64,000 nt of DNA from Lytechinus pictus (Eukaryota), in assembly GCF_037042905.1 (NCBI RefSeq), contig NC_087251.1, forward strand, positions 1,178,001 to 1,242,000. The letters are read 5' to 3'. The translations under genes and the position numbers were made by a program. Shown here one piece after another: positions 38,403 through 52,404 of the stretch; the stretch's first letter is position 1; each line of letters opens with the position of its first letter. The notes below the pieces were generated by a model, which ran no database searches, was not told the DNA's origin, and saw only the letters and a program-made list of their open reading frames with translations.

Positions 38403-38864
38403 TTAAGATGAGTTTCCCCAAATCATTCATCTGAAGGTACTTTTGGTCAGATGCCTTTTGAGAGGAGGGTCATTCCATGGGGTTGGGGCAAAAATTGTGA
38501 CATCATGGTCAAAAAATAGAAATGTAATAAATGAAAAGTTTTTTTTCTTATATGTTTCATGGGACAATTCTTCAACTAAATCCACTTACAGGCATTTCAT
38601 ACCACCCTGCATATTTGAGTAAATTGCGAAACAAGATTTGACAAAATACCACCGTTACACGGACATCATTTATCATCCTTACTTAGACTATACTCTCCCA
38701 CTGTCAAAATAAAAGGGTTGATCTCAATTCCTCTTAATAAATATTTTGCTAACAACATTTTTAGTCACTTTATTCAACATTTTCCAACATGGCATATATA
38801 TTTTGAAAGATTTAGCATCAATAAATGGAACTTGATGCTCTGTGTGTATACCAGTGCCATGTTC

Positions 38865-39645
38865 TGTGTCGCTCTTTTTTCTCACCAGTCAAGAAAATTC
38901 AATTTATGATGGCATGTAGAACTAAATAGTTGACAGAAGTCATGCCTCAACAGAATGGAATATTCTTTTTGGAAAAACTCAACTACTCTTTCTGGCCTAA
39001 CCTTCTATTTTTGGTGTTACCACCGTTACATGGACATCATGTCTCTGTAACAGAGGTATAATTTGAAGCATTGTAAGTTAAGGTCCATTAATGGTCATCA
39101 CATACCAAATTACACTTTCTGCCTTAAATTATTTGCACAAGATCAATTGATTATATTAGAAAAAAAAACATTTTGCATGTCAAATTCTTTGCAAATAAAA
39201 GAAATTTAAATTAGAGTTTAAACAAAGAAAAATGTACAAAATTATTGACAAATTATGTGTCGTTCTTTTTTCTCACCAGTCAAGAAAATTCAATTTATGA
39301 TGGCATGTAGAACTAAATAGTTGAGAGAAGTCATGCCTCAACAGAATGGAATATTCTCTTTGGAAAAACTCAACTACTCTCTCTGGCCTAACCTTCTATT
39401 TTTGTTTGGTGTTACCACCGTTACATGGACATCATGTCTCTGTAACAGAGGTATAATTTGAAGCATTGTAAGTTAAGATCCATTAATGGTCATTACATAC
39501 CAAATTACCCTTTCTGCCTTAGAATATTTGCACAAGTTCAATTGATTATACTAGAAGAAAAACATTTTGCATGTCAAATTCTTTGCAAGTAAAAGCACTT
39601 TAAATTAGAGTTTAAACAAGGAAAAATGTACAAAATTATTGACAT
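38865..39645 (+). repeat. Tandem duplication, two copies of a ~391-bp unit, inside the Sola2-like element
   Basis: TGTGTCG.TCTTTTTTCTCACCAGTCAAG... starts at both 38865 and 39256, and the copies are near-identical. Confidence 0.92.
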
Positions 39646-41039
39646 TATATTTAAAATCATACTAATCCTCAAGGTTCCACTTCCGTCTGTCTCTGGAAAC
39701 ATTTATGTTTCTGTCTAAGGGGGAAAAAACGAAACAGTGCTATCTTACGATCTCCAAATCTTTTATTACTTTGAAATATCTCCTTCAAGATATTACTTTC
39801 AAATGTAGATACCTCTGTTACACGGACATCATGTCCTTGTAATGGTCATATTGAATAGCATTACTTGAATATTTGACATATTTTTCTAGTATCAACACAC
39901 TAAATGCAAGTTAACTCATCTTACTCAAGTGTACAAATACAACATCTACAAGCAAGCTTCTGTAATTCATATCAATGAACAGGTAAAATGTTTTTTTTAT
40001 TCATACACAATTATACAATTTTTGATACAATATTCAGGTGAAAAATATGTAGGGAAAAGGTACTCGTTTAGTTCTTCTAAGCTATGGTTTTTCAAGATAA
40101 AACAAGGCAAAGTTGGCATGGAAGACATGGACAACGCATTTATACCTTACACATATAAACTGTTCAATTTGTTAACTCTAATTTGTTTTACCTCAGTTAC
40201 ATGGACATCATGTCCTCAAAATGGTAGTGTAGAATTGACATTAATTAAAATATAATCATGTCATCACTGGAACTTACATACATTAGATAAAACATTAAGT
40301 TCCAACATGCGAAATTAAAAGGACAATTGTAAAGTACTTAGTGGACAAATTTGATTTAAAAAACTCACCACCTTTATATCTTCTGTTTTTTAACAGAGTT
40401 GTAAGCGAGAAAGTAAAATGTACTAAGCTATTCTTATGTTAAAAAATAAAACTGCAAGAACTCTTTGGTAAACTTCTTACTGGCAAATGCAAAAAAATGT
40501 ATTACACTGTACACAAAACCTGACTATTAAAATTAACATGCAATATTTCTCTCTGCATTCAGGTTACAAGTTTATGAACTTCAAGAAGACTGGTGACCCA
40601 ATAAGAAATTTCAGTTTGGAAGAGGATTCTGTCAATGTCACAAAGTGGATGGAGGTAGAATTGTGCCTCGCCATCAGGCCAGGAGTACAGGTCACCAGAT
40701 TGACACTTCATGTACTGAAGATATACATTTTCACCTTGAACAGAGGCTACCTGTAGTTGAGAAAAATAGTATTTGGAAGTTTGACTATATTTTTAAAGCA
40801 ATAAGCAAATATTTGTTATATTATATCAAATCATTTACTTATTTATGTCTTGACATTTTCTCATTAAAGGGGGTGGATTACTAGGGACAATGAATCTGAT
40901 CTGTTCTTGCAAAATACACAGGAACCTTCACTTTGTATTTTTTCATAGCAAATAGAATTCATCATTTCATAGTTCATAAATTAAATATAAAGTTACGTTT
41001 TATAGAAGGTTTTTGTATTTGTGTTGTTGTGTTCTACTT

Positions 41040-41203
41040 TGTTTTCACAATACATTTAAGAAACATCTCAAGACTCTGCTTTTTAATCAATAATATTTAC
41101 ATGTATTAGTTATTATAATTTTCTATTGTGTAAAGCGCTGTGAAACGATGATATATTGTAAGAGCGCTATATAAATGAACATATTATTATATTATTATTA
41201 TAT
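41040..41203 (+). mobile_element. LINE/SINE 3' tail (CR1/L2-type) nested in the Sola2-like element
   Basis: TGTAAAGCGCTGTGAAACG...AAGAGCGCTATATAAAT followed by (ATT)n. Confidence 0.6.
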
Positions 41204-41863
41204 AATTACTTGCCCATTACCTTTTCATAAATTATCTGTACTTCAATTTCATTTCTCAATGGATCAATTTAATCTAATTTTATTCTGCATTCTAATCAAG
41301 GGTATAGTTATCTAGAGAATTCCATTTATTTTTTTATGACCATCCTATTTAATTTTCATCGCTGAAGTTTAATTGTTCAAGCAATTACATAATTTATGTA
41401 TGTTTTATTGGAATTAAATGAATTAATGGAATTCAAATCTGCAATTTACCTTCTGATACAGCAAATAAACTATTGTGAAACAAACTTGATTGTGTCACAT
41501 TTTCTTTTGTTCACTTGTACATGTTTTAAAAATCTCATTATATCGCAATAAAAAAAAATCACATTGAAAACAATCACACAGGCTTTTGCTTTCTGATAAA
41601 ACGAACCCCCCCCCCTCTCCTTACAATTGAATATATTGAAATCAAAATACAAAATATTGAGAGAAAAAAAGAATGTGCTGAAAAGTATAACATTCAACAA
41701 GATGAAAAGTTTTGGGAAGGTTAGGCCTACAGCCAAGAATTACTAGTAATTGGATTATGGCCATGCTTCATCATACACAAAGCACATGTACTATGTGTAG
41801 GGGGTAGTAACAGAAAAATTATTTTGCCCCCCCCCCCTTTTTTCGGATTGGGATCAGCTGACA

Positions 41864-41916
<53 letters not shown>

Positions 41917-43558
41917 GGGGGGGGGGGGGGGGGCGTGCCTCCCCCGTGGCGCTGCCACTGGTTCTAAACTCTCATTTTGGGGGGGAAATTCAAAATTGAT
42001 CATCAGGCCTTTGATACCCATATTACGTAGAATCAGTAGGAGCCAATTTAAACAAGGTGAGATTTTGGACCAAATCTGAGATGTCGGCATGATCATCGGT
42101 GATAGAGCAGTTTTGAGTATCCATTGGGCTATTGAAATAACATATTTCGGTGTTTAAAAAAATCAACTAAATTGCGATTGAATCATGTCAGCTAACATTC
42201 AAAACATGTTTGCACGGAATCACAGTAATAAAACATTATTTCTTTGGGGCCGTTTAGCAAATCTGGAACAAACACGGCGATGTCTCAATCACATATTTCA
42301 CTTAATGACTTACACGAAAAGATACATGTGGGACTGTAGTAAAAGACTATGGAAAATTAGCGAGATTTTTCAAACTTAAAAACACTTTCTGCATGATAAT
42401 ATAGTTTCACATTTTTAAGATAAGGTTTAACTGATTTAAAAATACGAGTATCGGGATAAATCTCCGTACTTACGTCGCTTTGAAAGGGAAAACATCGTGG
42501 AGATCCAATCCACCGTTACACGGACATTGCGGGAAGATTCCCAATTGCAATGCTGCAAAACACCCGATATCATAGCCGTTCGTGTGCACGTGGATTTCGG
42601 CTAACATCCCGTCCGTCTGATACAACGACGGTCTATTCTCCGGTCTCTCCTTTTTACATACGCGATGAAATGTGATCCACCGTTACAAATTTGGCCCGGA
42701 CATCGCCCAAAACATCGGCGACCCTCGATTAATTTACATGACATTAACATTGGTTTTCAAAGCTTATCTTTTGATGAAAAGTTGCTTACTGCCTGCCCTT
42801 TATTTCTGACACATAACTTTGGAAAGAATGATTTCTGACTTTTAGTTATTTACCACTTTACCGCCGTTACAGAAAAAAATAAACGCGGACATCGCATGTA
42901 ACGGTGGTATGCGATGTTGTAGGAATGATTTATGATATGAAGCCTCTTTTCATTTGCTATCCCATTACTGTCTTGTTATTAAACAAATGTTGCTTTATCA
43001 ATCATGGCCATTTGAATTTGACTAAGTTTATCTTTTAATTAGATATCTTCAACTGAAAATGACCATTTTGGATGTCACACCTGGTACCCCAAAAAAGAGT
43101 CTGGACATCATCATTTAAAGTCTCACCATCAAAAATACTTGAGGTTCAACATTTTTATTTCTGCATCAAGTAATTGCTTACATAACTGCCTTCCAACAAA
43201 ACCACATTGCAACATCCAAACGCCAAACACATTTTCAGGATAAAGCCAACAATTCATAGGGAACACAAAAAAGTGCTGTTGCCCCAACCCCGTGGAATGA
43301 CCCAGGAATAATTGTTTATTTGCTATATGGGAATATAATACTGTACATTTACTTTCATTGCATCTCAAGCAAAAGTCTATATTCCTAGACTGCATTTGAT
43401 AATTGACTAGATGAAGACTGAAGATCAGAAAAGTGTTTGTACAGTATGTACATGTAGTTCATATTATCAGTTTACTGCTTGCAAAGGCCTTTTCCATAAT
43501 TTGGAATGTGTTCTTTGTGTACATATGAATTAAAGCTTTGGTAGAAGCAGAACATGAT

Positions 43559-43752
43559 GGGTGTTTCATAAAGATATTCGTATTAAGTTAAGAGTGACTT
43601 TAAGAACAATGACTGGTGAACCTTTCTTATGGCATGCACTGAATAGTCACCAATGATCATTTATATAGTGAATATCATTTACCACAAGAAAGGATCACCA
43701 GCCGAACTTAAAGTCACTCTTAACTTACGAACAGCTTCATGAAACGGCCCCC
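43559..43752. mobile_element. Short palindromic MITE
   Basis: GTTTCATAAAG...TAAGTTAAGAGTGACTTTAAG versus CTTAAAGTCACTCTTAACTTA...CTTCATGAAAC. Confidence 0.75.
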
Positions 43753-44210
43753 GGTCTTATAGCACTTAAACTATACCTCTCTTGTTTGTTGATGATATTG
43801 TGTGAACTTCCTGTGACTCTGAAGTAATATAGCGTTTATTGAATAAAACTTTGTACCTATCATAAATTATAGTGTGCTTGGAATAGATTAGTTATGCTTT
43901 ACATGTAGATATGTGGTAAGTTGCCTGCCTATGTAGTATTATTGAAAAAAATATTTAACTTTATTATTACATACATGTATCATGAAGAGAAAAGTAAAAA
44001 TACATGTAGCTCTCAATAAAAGTACTAGATCTACATTCCTTTTATTGAGAGTTTGTCTGATAACTTGAGAGATTTTTGCTTTATATAATGTCACTGCTTT
44101 TATAAACAGGCATAAAATGATTTTCATTATTTTTTATTAATTTGAGAGTTTTTACAATATGTGCAACATTTTGTATAAATTACGTACTAAATTTTTCAAA
44201 TATGATTTGT

Positions 44211-44518
44211 GGAAGTGTTATGGTGTCATGGTTCGCCTTGTAAATCCCACTACTGCCTGGCGTCATTTGGCTATGCCACTCTCCTCCCAGGTGTTGAATG
44301 GGTGCTGGGTAGGATGCAAACGCCTATGAGGAATGCCTAGCAATTCAGTCTTGGAACTCTTGTTGGAATGCTCTCTAGGGAGTGGAGAAAGTACATACAA
44401 TGTGTGCATGCAATGGTCTAATGACCGGGGTAATAATAATTACAATGTAAAGCGTTTAGGAACACAAAGTATCATTAAAGCAACATAAAATGTTACAATT
44501 ATTATTATTATTATTATT
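44211..44518 (+). mobile_element. Degenerate tRNA-derived SINE with a conserved-core segment and L2/CR1-type tail
   Basis: A-box-like TGGTGTCATGG, core-like CTCCCAGGTGTTGAATGGGT, and the tail TGTAAAGCGTTTAGG...(ATT)n. Confidence 0.6.
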
Positions 44519-45506
44519 CTTTTCTTCTAAATATTCCAATGGGTATTAATAGAGAGCAAATGCTTAGGAGCATGTTTTTGCATGACAAGAATTGGTTTAT
44601 AAGATATTTATTATATACTCTTATGTAAATTTTATCTTTATCCTATGCCAAAACTAAATTATAGCACTAATATTGCTACAAAAATGCATAAGAGTAATAA
44701 AAATATCTCCTAAATAAAGCAACTATTTTACAAATAATGCAAAATTTAAGAAAAGTAGAATCAATTTACCTTGTAATATCAAGTACCGGCAAATTAGTTG
44801 CACTCAAATACATGTACTCCATGACCATTCTACTCTGAAGAAGTATACCAAGTGGTACTGTCAGAATTGTTTTGAAGATCCCCCAAGTTTCCATCCTGGC
44901 TATTCTCCATCAGCCAGAAATTTGCTCATTCTAAAGATTAAGATCCAATCAGCCCTCTTTCTTTCCGAATAGACTAGATGTTCCAAGATACACCCATAAA
45001 TCATCGGCCCAAGAAGAATTCTCACTTTGGTTATGTGACTGTGCACACTTCAGGTTTGAGTAGCTTGCCACTCTGGTATCATGAATGCAATATTAAGATC
45101 GTTTTTAATGGCCAAAATCTGAATGCATCTTCACATGTGAATTTACTGGATTAATATACCAAATGGCATACTCTTTGGCACAAATATGTAAAACAGTTGA
45201 CTCAGGATTATAATCTTGAGATAAAGCTTAGAAATGCCTGCTAATTGCATCTTTGCTTAATAAAAAAAAATCTTGGAATAATTTATGGATCAGAAATAGT
45301 GGGATTATTGTTATTTTTGGCTGGTGGAGATGGGTTTCATATGTCTTGTAATCGTAATGTAGTAATGGGCATTACAGATATAAAGGCATGTCAAAGGCAC
45401 AGAGGGGTCTATGTTCTCATGAGTGGGTAGTACATCAAACACATATCTCAAATAGTTCATTATATTCTAACAATTTGTTCATTCTCTCCTCCCCCCTCTG
45501 CTTTGA

Positions 45507-45842
<336 letters not shown>

Positions 45843-48800
45843 TAGATGACAGTTTTGACGGGTACTCATACATGTAAATATTCATCTGTATCTTGTAGAA
45901 GATCTACATCGTACATCTCATTTAGACATGTTCCATTGTTCTGTTCTGTTGAAAACAACAGACAAGGATCCTGTGACTCCAGGATGCAGTTATCCAAAGA
46001 CATTACTGTGACCATACAGACAATTTTAGCACCTCACAATATAGTAACCATGACACAAAGGTTTGTATTGCCAAATGAAAGCTCACTATTCTTTATTATT
46101 TGCATATTATAGTATTTAGTGACACCTAAAAAACAGTTGAACTTGATATGTTTGGTTCATTCAGTCAGTAGCAAAAATAGGGTTTTTTGTTTAACATCTA
46201 TATTTCCCATAATGTCTTGGATACTAATAATTTCTGCTTTCTGAGTAAGTTTACTCTTGATGGCTAAAAGCAAACTACAAAATTAATAATGATGTGACTA
46301 TATTAGTTTTGCCTTTCTCAAATAATGTATTAGAAATTGAAGTTTGACTGCAAACTCCAAGGCTATGTAACACAAAACTCAGTGATTGTTTTAAGATTGA
46401 TTGCCTTGATCATTATGTACAATCAATCATGCAGATCAACTGTACAATCAATCGCTAAGTTTCGTGTCATGCGGCCCAGAAATCCTTGTAAAGATTCAAA
46501 AGGCCCCTATACAAGGATATTCCAATCTGCAATAGTTGGGTGAGGTACTTACGAACGAATAGATGAGAAGAAAACCAATTTAATTAATGTTGACTAGTTA
46601 TATCAATAAGAGGCCTTCAGAAAGATGTGAGTCTCCAAATAGTTCATTGTAGGTCAATTGGTTTGGTTTGCCATATCTTGTAGAAATGTGTGATAAAGAA
46701 TAAATCCTGATTCCTAATTCTAAAAAAAAAAAAAAAGAGATATCAAGATTTTTATGGAATGAGAAAGAGAGAGAAACAGGAATAGGGGAGGGAGAGAGAG
46801 CAGAAAGATGATTCAATTTTTACATCATTCTTTTGAAATAAATGGTAATTCGTTTTAAGCTTAGATACAATACTGGATATTTTCATCTTTGCATTGAATC
46901 TAGAAGCATCTTTGTCAAGTAGATTTCCATTGATGGTAGGAGTGATTGATTTTGTGTTTAATCCATGTTTGATCTCTGGTTTTAGTATGCAGCATAGATG
47001 AATATCTGCAAAAGGTCAGACTGTCTGTGGCTCCTGCAGAATTGTATCTATTTATTGCCTCCCATTGGCAAATACTGATGCTACTCTAGATAATTAAAAT
47101 TCAAAGGATTTCTTGGTTCTGAATCAACATATTCATGTAGACACATGCAGTCTTCTCAATTATGCATTCAGCTAGAGATGAAAATGGCTGTACCTTCCTA
47201 CATCCCTCGATCACCCCCTCTCTCTCAGTGCTTTCATACCGATCTTATCACACAAATACCTTTATATTCTGATAGGGTATAATTCATATCAGGAACTTTC
47301 TCAGTGTGAAAATGATGTAGATATACATTGTAATACAACTGATAGAAAATAGAGTCAAAAGAGTAGATTCCTTTTCCAAAATGCAAGACCTGTCGCACAA
47401 GAATTTCTTCTAGGTTGCAGGTATTCCTACACAGTGTGAAAGCAAATTATGAGAACTTTATAGATCCTGTCCATCAGTAAAAACGTTCGAACTTAAACTA
47501 AAAACCTATCTTTTCAAATAATTTTTTTAATTTGTTCTCAAGCATTTCACTACCTCTTAATTGCAGCGCAGTAGAATATATGCACATAGTTTCTGCGCTA
47601 TATAAATCAGTATTATTATATTAGATGTGAGACAAGAATCATACTTTTAATTCAGATATGTGCAACTCTTTCTGGAGGCCGATAACTACATGTCTGGTTC
47701 CACTGGATGTGAATGCATTAAATGAATTATCATTTCCAGCAGCACAGAAACGTTGATACAGCTAACAGAGCACTAACAATAGGCCCAGTTACAACTTTCA
47801 GATGGTGACTTCAAACATTGATCCAAGATGTAAAAAGTGCATTTTTAAGTTATGACATTATGCATCGCTGTGACATTACCATTTGTAAGGTCCTCTGTTA
47901 GCGCATTGTTAGCACTAACAGTGCTTCTGTGTGGCCACTACAGGTATTTTGAGGCCTCTGCAAGTTCTCATGATTTGAGATTTTTTTGTGATTGGAGAGG
48001 TATGGACATTCCTTCTTGGGCGAGAAACCTCCCTCTTCTCCTCTGTAAATTGAACTTGTGCTGTCTTACAGGCCATGATGACTCATTTTACTCTTCAAAC
48101 ATGGCTCTGTGTGATGGCAAATAATAGAAATCAGAGGTCTGCCTTTAAACGAATGTCTTTGCACTGGCAGACATTTGATACATCATCCAAATATACCAGG
48201 ACTGGTGTTTCGTCAAGTAAGTGTAAGTTGTCATGAGCTCCTGATAGACAGTTTCCAGCAGTATTTCAGTTTTAAAAAACTGCACTTCTCAACGGTTGTA
48301 CAATATCTAGGGGTATTGGTGGTCACTTTCAGAGGATATAAAATACATGTAGTCCATCCCCTTCTAGAATGAACAACTAAGAAGCCACTGGTGTAGAAAA
48401 AGAGATGTAATTCCAACGTTCTCGCTACCACGCGTCACGGTTGGCGGGCGCCGACAACCCTGAAAATTTTCAGGGCAAATCCGCCAACCGTGAACTTCCC
48501 CGACAACCGTGGCCGACAACTGTAAAACAGGCCTAGATCTACACAAAAACTAAATAATATATATTTTTTTAAAATCTGCTTTTCAGATCCTAAAATAAAC
48601 TTGTCGATTATTTCGTCCACGATTTCTTCCCGGGATTTCTTTGACTCGCTACTATGCTGTATACGATACGACCTCGACTCCTCTCTGAAACGCGAAGATG
48701 TTTACCTCGCATTTGAGTATCGCATTGCTCTCATTATTTACGTCTTTAAAATGGTAGTAAATATGCTCAAAAATAAAGTGAAGAGAGAGGGGTACCGTGG

Positions 48801-49941
48801 GTTACTGGGTTGGGCAATGTAAAATTTAGATGTTACGAATTTCAGTTGATATTGTCACTTATTTTGTCAAAAGTAAAGTGTGTCAAAAATAATATAAAAA
48901 TTCGATCGAAATTTAGTTTCATCTCGTCCCAGGCCCCAGCCTTATATAGCTACATCTACATGAATTCATTGAATTCATTTCTGATGACACTGCCGTAGAG
49001 CGAATTGAGAAAATTATTAAAAGATCACATTAATAATGACAAAACCACATGAATGGATTGATATAATGTCCAACTCATTTACTTACAGCAAAATGATTTA
49101 TTCACATTTATATTCCAATTTTACTCCATAATTTCCAAAGTCTTGATCTCTACATCAATCTTTTGAAAGTGTTGATTAATTTCGCGACGGTGTGTCTACC
49201 AAGTTCTGTGTCACTGCACTTGCGCTCGCCACGGCCACATACAGAATACAAATCGCACATGGCATCAAAATCCTTGATCCGCGGGGATCCGAGTCTTCCA
49301 AAATTAGATGGGATCCAAAACTGATTTAATTGGAATGTTTTCGATTTATTTTCAGATATTCATTGAATCTGTTATAATTTTCATAAGTAATAATCTTTAT
49401 TAATATTATTCACACTTATCATATTACGACTCATTTTTTTATGTGAGTTATACGTAGGCCTACAGTGTATTTTCATTTGTATTGTTTATTACTCTTTGCC
49501 TGCCAATTAAATATTGAACGCACCTGTCACGGTCCTGAGAAATCTTTTCAGTCATCACAGTGAATGCTTCATGAATTTGTTGTACAATTGCTTAACAACT
49601 CCGGGTAACAACTACGATTTAAAATAAAATATTTGAAATTAATTTGTGTAAAGGAGAAAGAGAATAATGAGAGGTGGTCGTGGGCAATGTAAATGAAAAT
49701 GATGGGATGTTTGTGACTTTGTGGGGGAGCGAATTGGCGAAAAGAATTAAGTCAATGTTCGGAGCAAATGAAATTAATATTCATTTATGGATGTGTCTAC
49801 TGTGATTGTGGCTGCAAACCTTTATGGTGATTGGAAAATCAACCCTTGGTTGGGAGGCCGGGGGTACGTGATTCAATAGATTTCGATAGAAGTACACATT
49901 CAACAAAGTGGAATTGACAATTCATTCACAGATATTCATTT

Positions 49942-50099
49942 CAGGGGCCGTGGAAACAGGGGGAGGGGGGGCTGGGTGGGCTTCAGCTCCCCCACTTTTT
50001 TTTCCAAAACCGTGTACAAAAACATAAAATGGACCACCTGATTGTGTTTTTTGCATGGTCAGCCCCCCCCCCACTTTCAAGACCTTTCCGCGGCCCCTG
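49942..50099. mobile_element. MITE with CAGGGG termini and 5-bp TSD (same family as 30949-31122)
   Basis: CATTT|CAGGGGCCGTGGAA ... TTCCGCGGCCCCTG|CATTT. Confidence 0.82.
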
Positions 50100-51557
50100 C
50101 ATTTCAAGTACGAATTATTGAAGTTGATATGTGTGAACGTTTTAGAGGATATGTATTTCGTTTGTTCACGCCCACATGAGTTGCTAGTATAATTTGAATA
50201 TCGTTGGATGAATTTTTCAATTTCACTTATGTCTTTATATGTTACATCGGAATAATGTTTTATACAGAGTTATCTTTACAACGTCGTTAGCCTAATTACT
50301 GCGAGTGGATGATATGTATTAAATGAGTTGGAATGTGAACGAGACGCCCCAAAGCCGATGGCATGTGATCTAATTAATATTCACTTTCTGGTTGAGCCAA
50401 TCATTGTGCTTGAAAACGGGTTTCCCCCGAATTCCCGCCCTTGGAATGTGTGCCATGTGCATGACCTGTTAACCTGTTGTTTGAATGCGAATCAGCTGGT
50501 TTCGTGACCTCAAATATTCTTCATGTTGTTTACGCTGGATGGGGGCTATAAAATCAAGAAGATTTTTCTGACTTTTTTTTTCATTTTTAATAATCTGTTC
50601 GTGATTTTCTGTAACTTAAAAACTGATGCAATTTATTGAATCACGTACCTTGATCTCCCACTCATGGTGCAAGGAAATATTTTAAAAATCGCCAAAATAT
50701 ACATGTAAAGAAAGATTATTCAGCCGTCATCATCAGTAGTAGTATAGACATGTCTATAAATATGCATTCGCTTCGAATATTGACTTCTTCACCAATCCCA
50801 CACACACGTACGATCTCAACATCCCCTTGTCATTATCCACGCCACGACCCCTCCCCTTTCGCTCTCTCCCTTCGACCATCCTAGCTACAACCACTTCCTC
50901 TCTTCACACACGCTGTATTTGTAGGCCTACTTATAGTGCATTATTTAAAAATAGAAATCTGCTTTCCTGTCAATTAAGCTTTACTTTCAAAACATTTTAA
51001 ATCGCAATTAATTATGATAAGAACAAAATCGTAATATCAAAGTATTATGAATGACTAAAAATATTTCTCCCGCTCGTGATGGACACATTCATTATTTTAT
51101 AGGTGAGTATAGAACAATACAAATGAACATAGCAATAATTGACAGTGACAAACGAATCTTGATTGGATATTATTAGTATAAACATCATCAACAGAAGTCT
51201 TATGAGAGTTATAGTTTCAGTGAGTATCTGAAAACAAAACAAACAAACATGCAAATTATATAAGTTGGGGACCCCGTCTCATGAATACCGATGCCCATTA
51301 TTTGGAAGCCTCGGAAATTTTCTTCCGAGGCTTCCAAATAAAGTCAGAACAATCTTTGGATTTAGTAAGGGCGTGGCGCGGCGCAAGCTCAAAGGGCTAC
51401 GCATGCGGTCCGTAGATGTAGTCGGTCATTGACACGCATTCACAAAATTAATCGCACTTTCTATAAAGGACGTAGCGATCTAGACGTTCGAAAGTATGGA
51501 GTACATTTATCGATGTCATCGATGTGAATAAATCTATAAACTGTAAGTATAAAATGA

Positions 51558-51960
51558 CTTACTTACTTACTTACTGCCCATTATGCCGGGTGGGCACGTA
51601 GGGCAGCAACAAAAGTCCTCCACTCCACTCTGTCCAAAGCCAGGCGCCGTAGTGTCCCCCAGGTGCAGGTCAGGTCCCTCATTTCCCTCTCTACGGTCCT
51701 TCTCCAGGTGTTCTTGGGTCTCTTCCCTTCTGGAGTCCAATAGAGTGCCGTTTTGGTAATGCTACCATCCTCTTCCCTTAGCACATGGCCAATCCAGCTC
51801 CAGCATCTTCTTTGTATAATGCCTTCCATGCATCCCAATTGGCATCTATCATATAGTTCTTCGTTTGATATCATATTCGGCCAAAAAATGCGACATATTT
51901 TCCTTAGAGATTTGTTGTGGAAAACTGATACCTTATGAAGGTCTTTCATTGTAATTCTCC
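51558..51960 (-). mobile_element. 5'-truncated RTE-clade LINE (ORF C-terminus plus microsatellite tail)
   Basis: VFHNKSLRKICRIFWPNMISNEELY...RRCWSWIGHVLR...ALYWTPEGKRPKNTWRRTVEREM...W..LRRLALDRVEWRTFVAAL. It has a (TAAG)n tail and a 12-bp TSD AGTATAAAATGA (51546-51557 and 51961-51972). Confidence 0.92.
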
Positions 51961-52404
51961 AGTATAAAATGAGATTGAATTTAAATCATTTCCTTTGACC
52001 TAGCTTTTTCATCAGTACTTGCCTTTCTGCTTCAATCGCAATTCGCGCAACCGTTACGGCTTTAAAGCATTAAATAGACATAAAATTTGGTGCATTTAGC
52101 AGCAATCTACGCTTGTCGATATTGATATTTTCGATAGCTACCGCGCTTTGCGCGGGAGGGGGGACACCTCCCTCCCGCAACCCTCCCCCTGTGCGTGCTT
52201 CGCACGCACCGAGGCCGCTGCGCGGCTTGCGCCGCCAAGCATCAGAATGAACCTGGCGAGAACGTTGTGTAATTCTAGTGCTAGCTCTGGCATCAAATGT
52301 TGGAAGTTGGAGTGATACCCTGGTATCAAATGCAAGAAGATGGAGCGTTGCAGTGCTTGTCCTATTCATACTTTTTCTTGATACTCTATTGCTGCTCAGC
52401 AGAC

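Larger units (their letters stand above)
38467..43303. mobile_element. 4.8-kb DNA transposon with 25-bp TIRs and 4-bp TSD, Sola2-like, with no intact transposase
   Basis: AGGA|GGGTCATTCCATGGGGTTGGGGCAA ... TTGCCCCAACCCCGTGGAATGACCC|AGGA. GRG termini with a 4-bp TSD fit Sola2. Confidence 0.8.
48414..52267. mobile_element. 3.85-kb non-autonomous DNA transposon with 12-bp TIR and 8-bp TSD (hAT/P-like), containing nested insertions
   Basis: TGTAATTC|CAACGTTCTCGC ... GCGAGAACGTTG|TGTAATTC, with subterminal CCGACAACC repeats. Confidence 0.85.

Noticed and set aside
38647..40230. Calling the interspaced palindromes a CRISPR array
   Set aside because: The spacers are ~350 bp, the repeats are degenerate, there are no cas genes and the context is eukaryotic. 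It is kept only as a transposon-internal repeat finding.
41866..41933. Long poly(A) next to poly(G) as a retrocopy tail
   Set aside because: It lies within a CAGTGGC-ended MITE fragment of a family that carries such homopolymer tracts, and there is no upstream processed gene.
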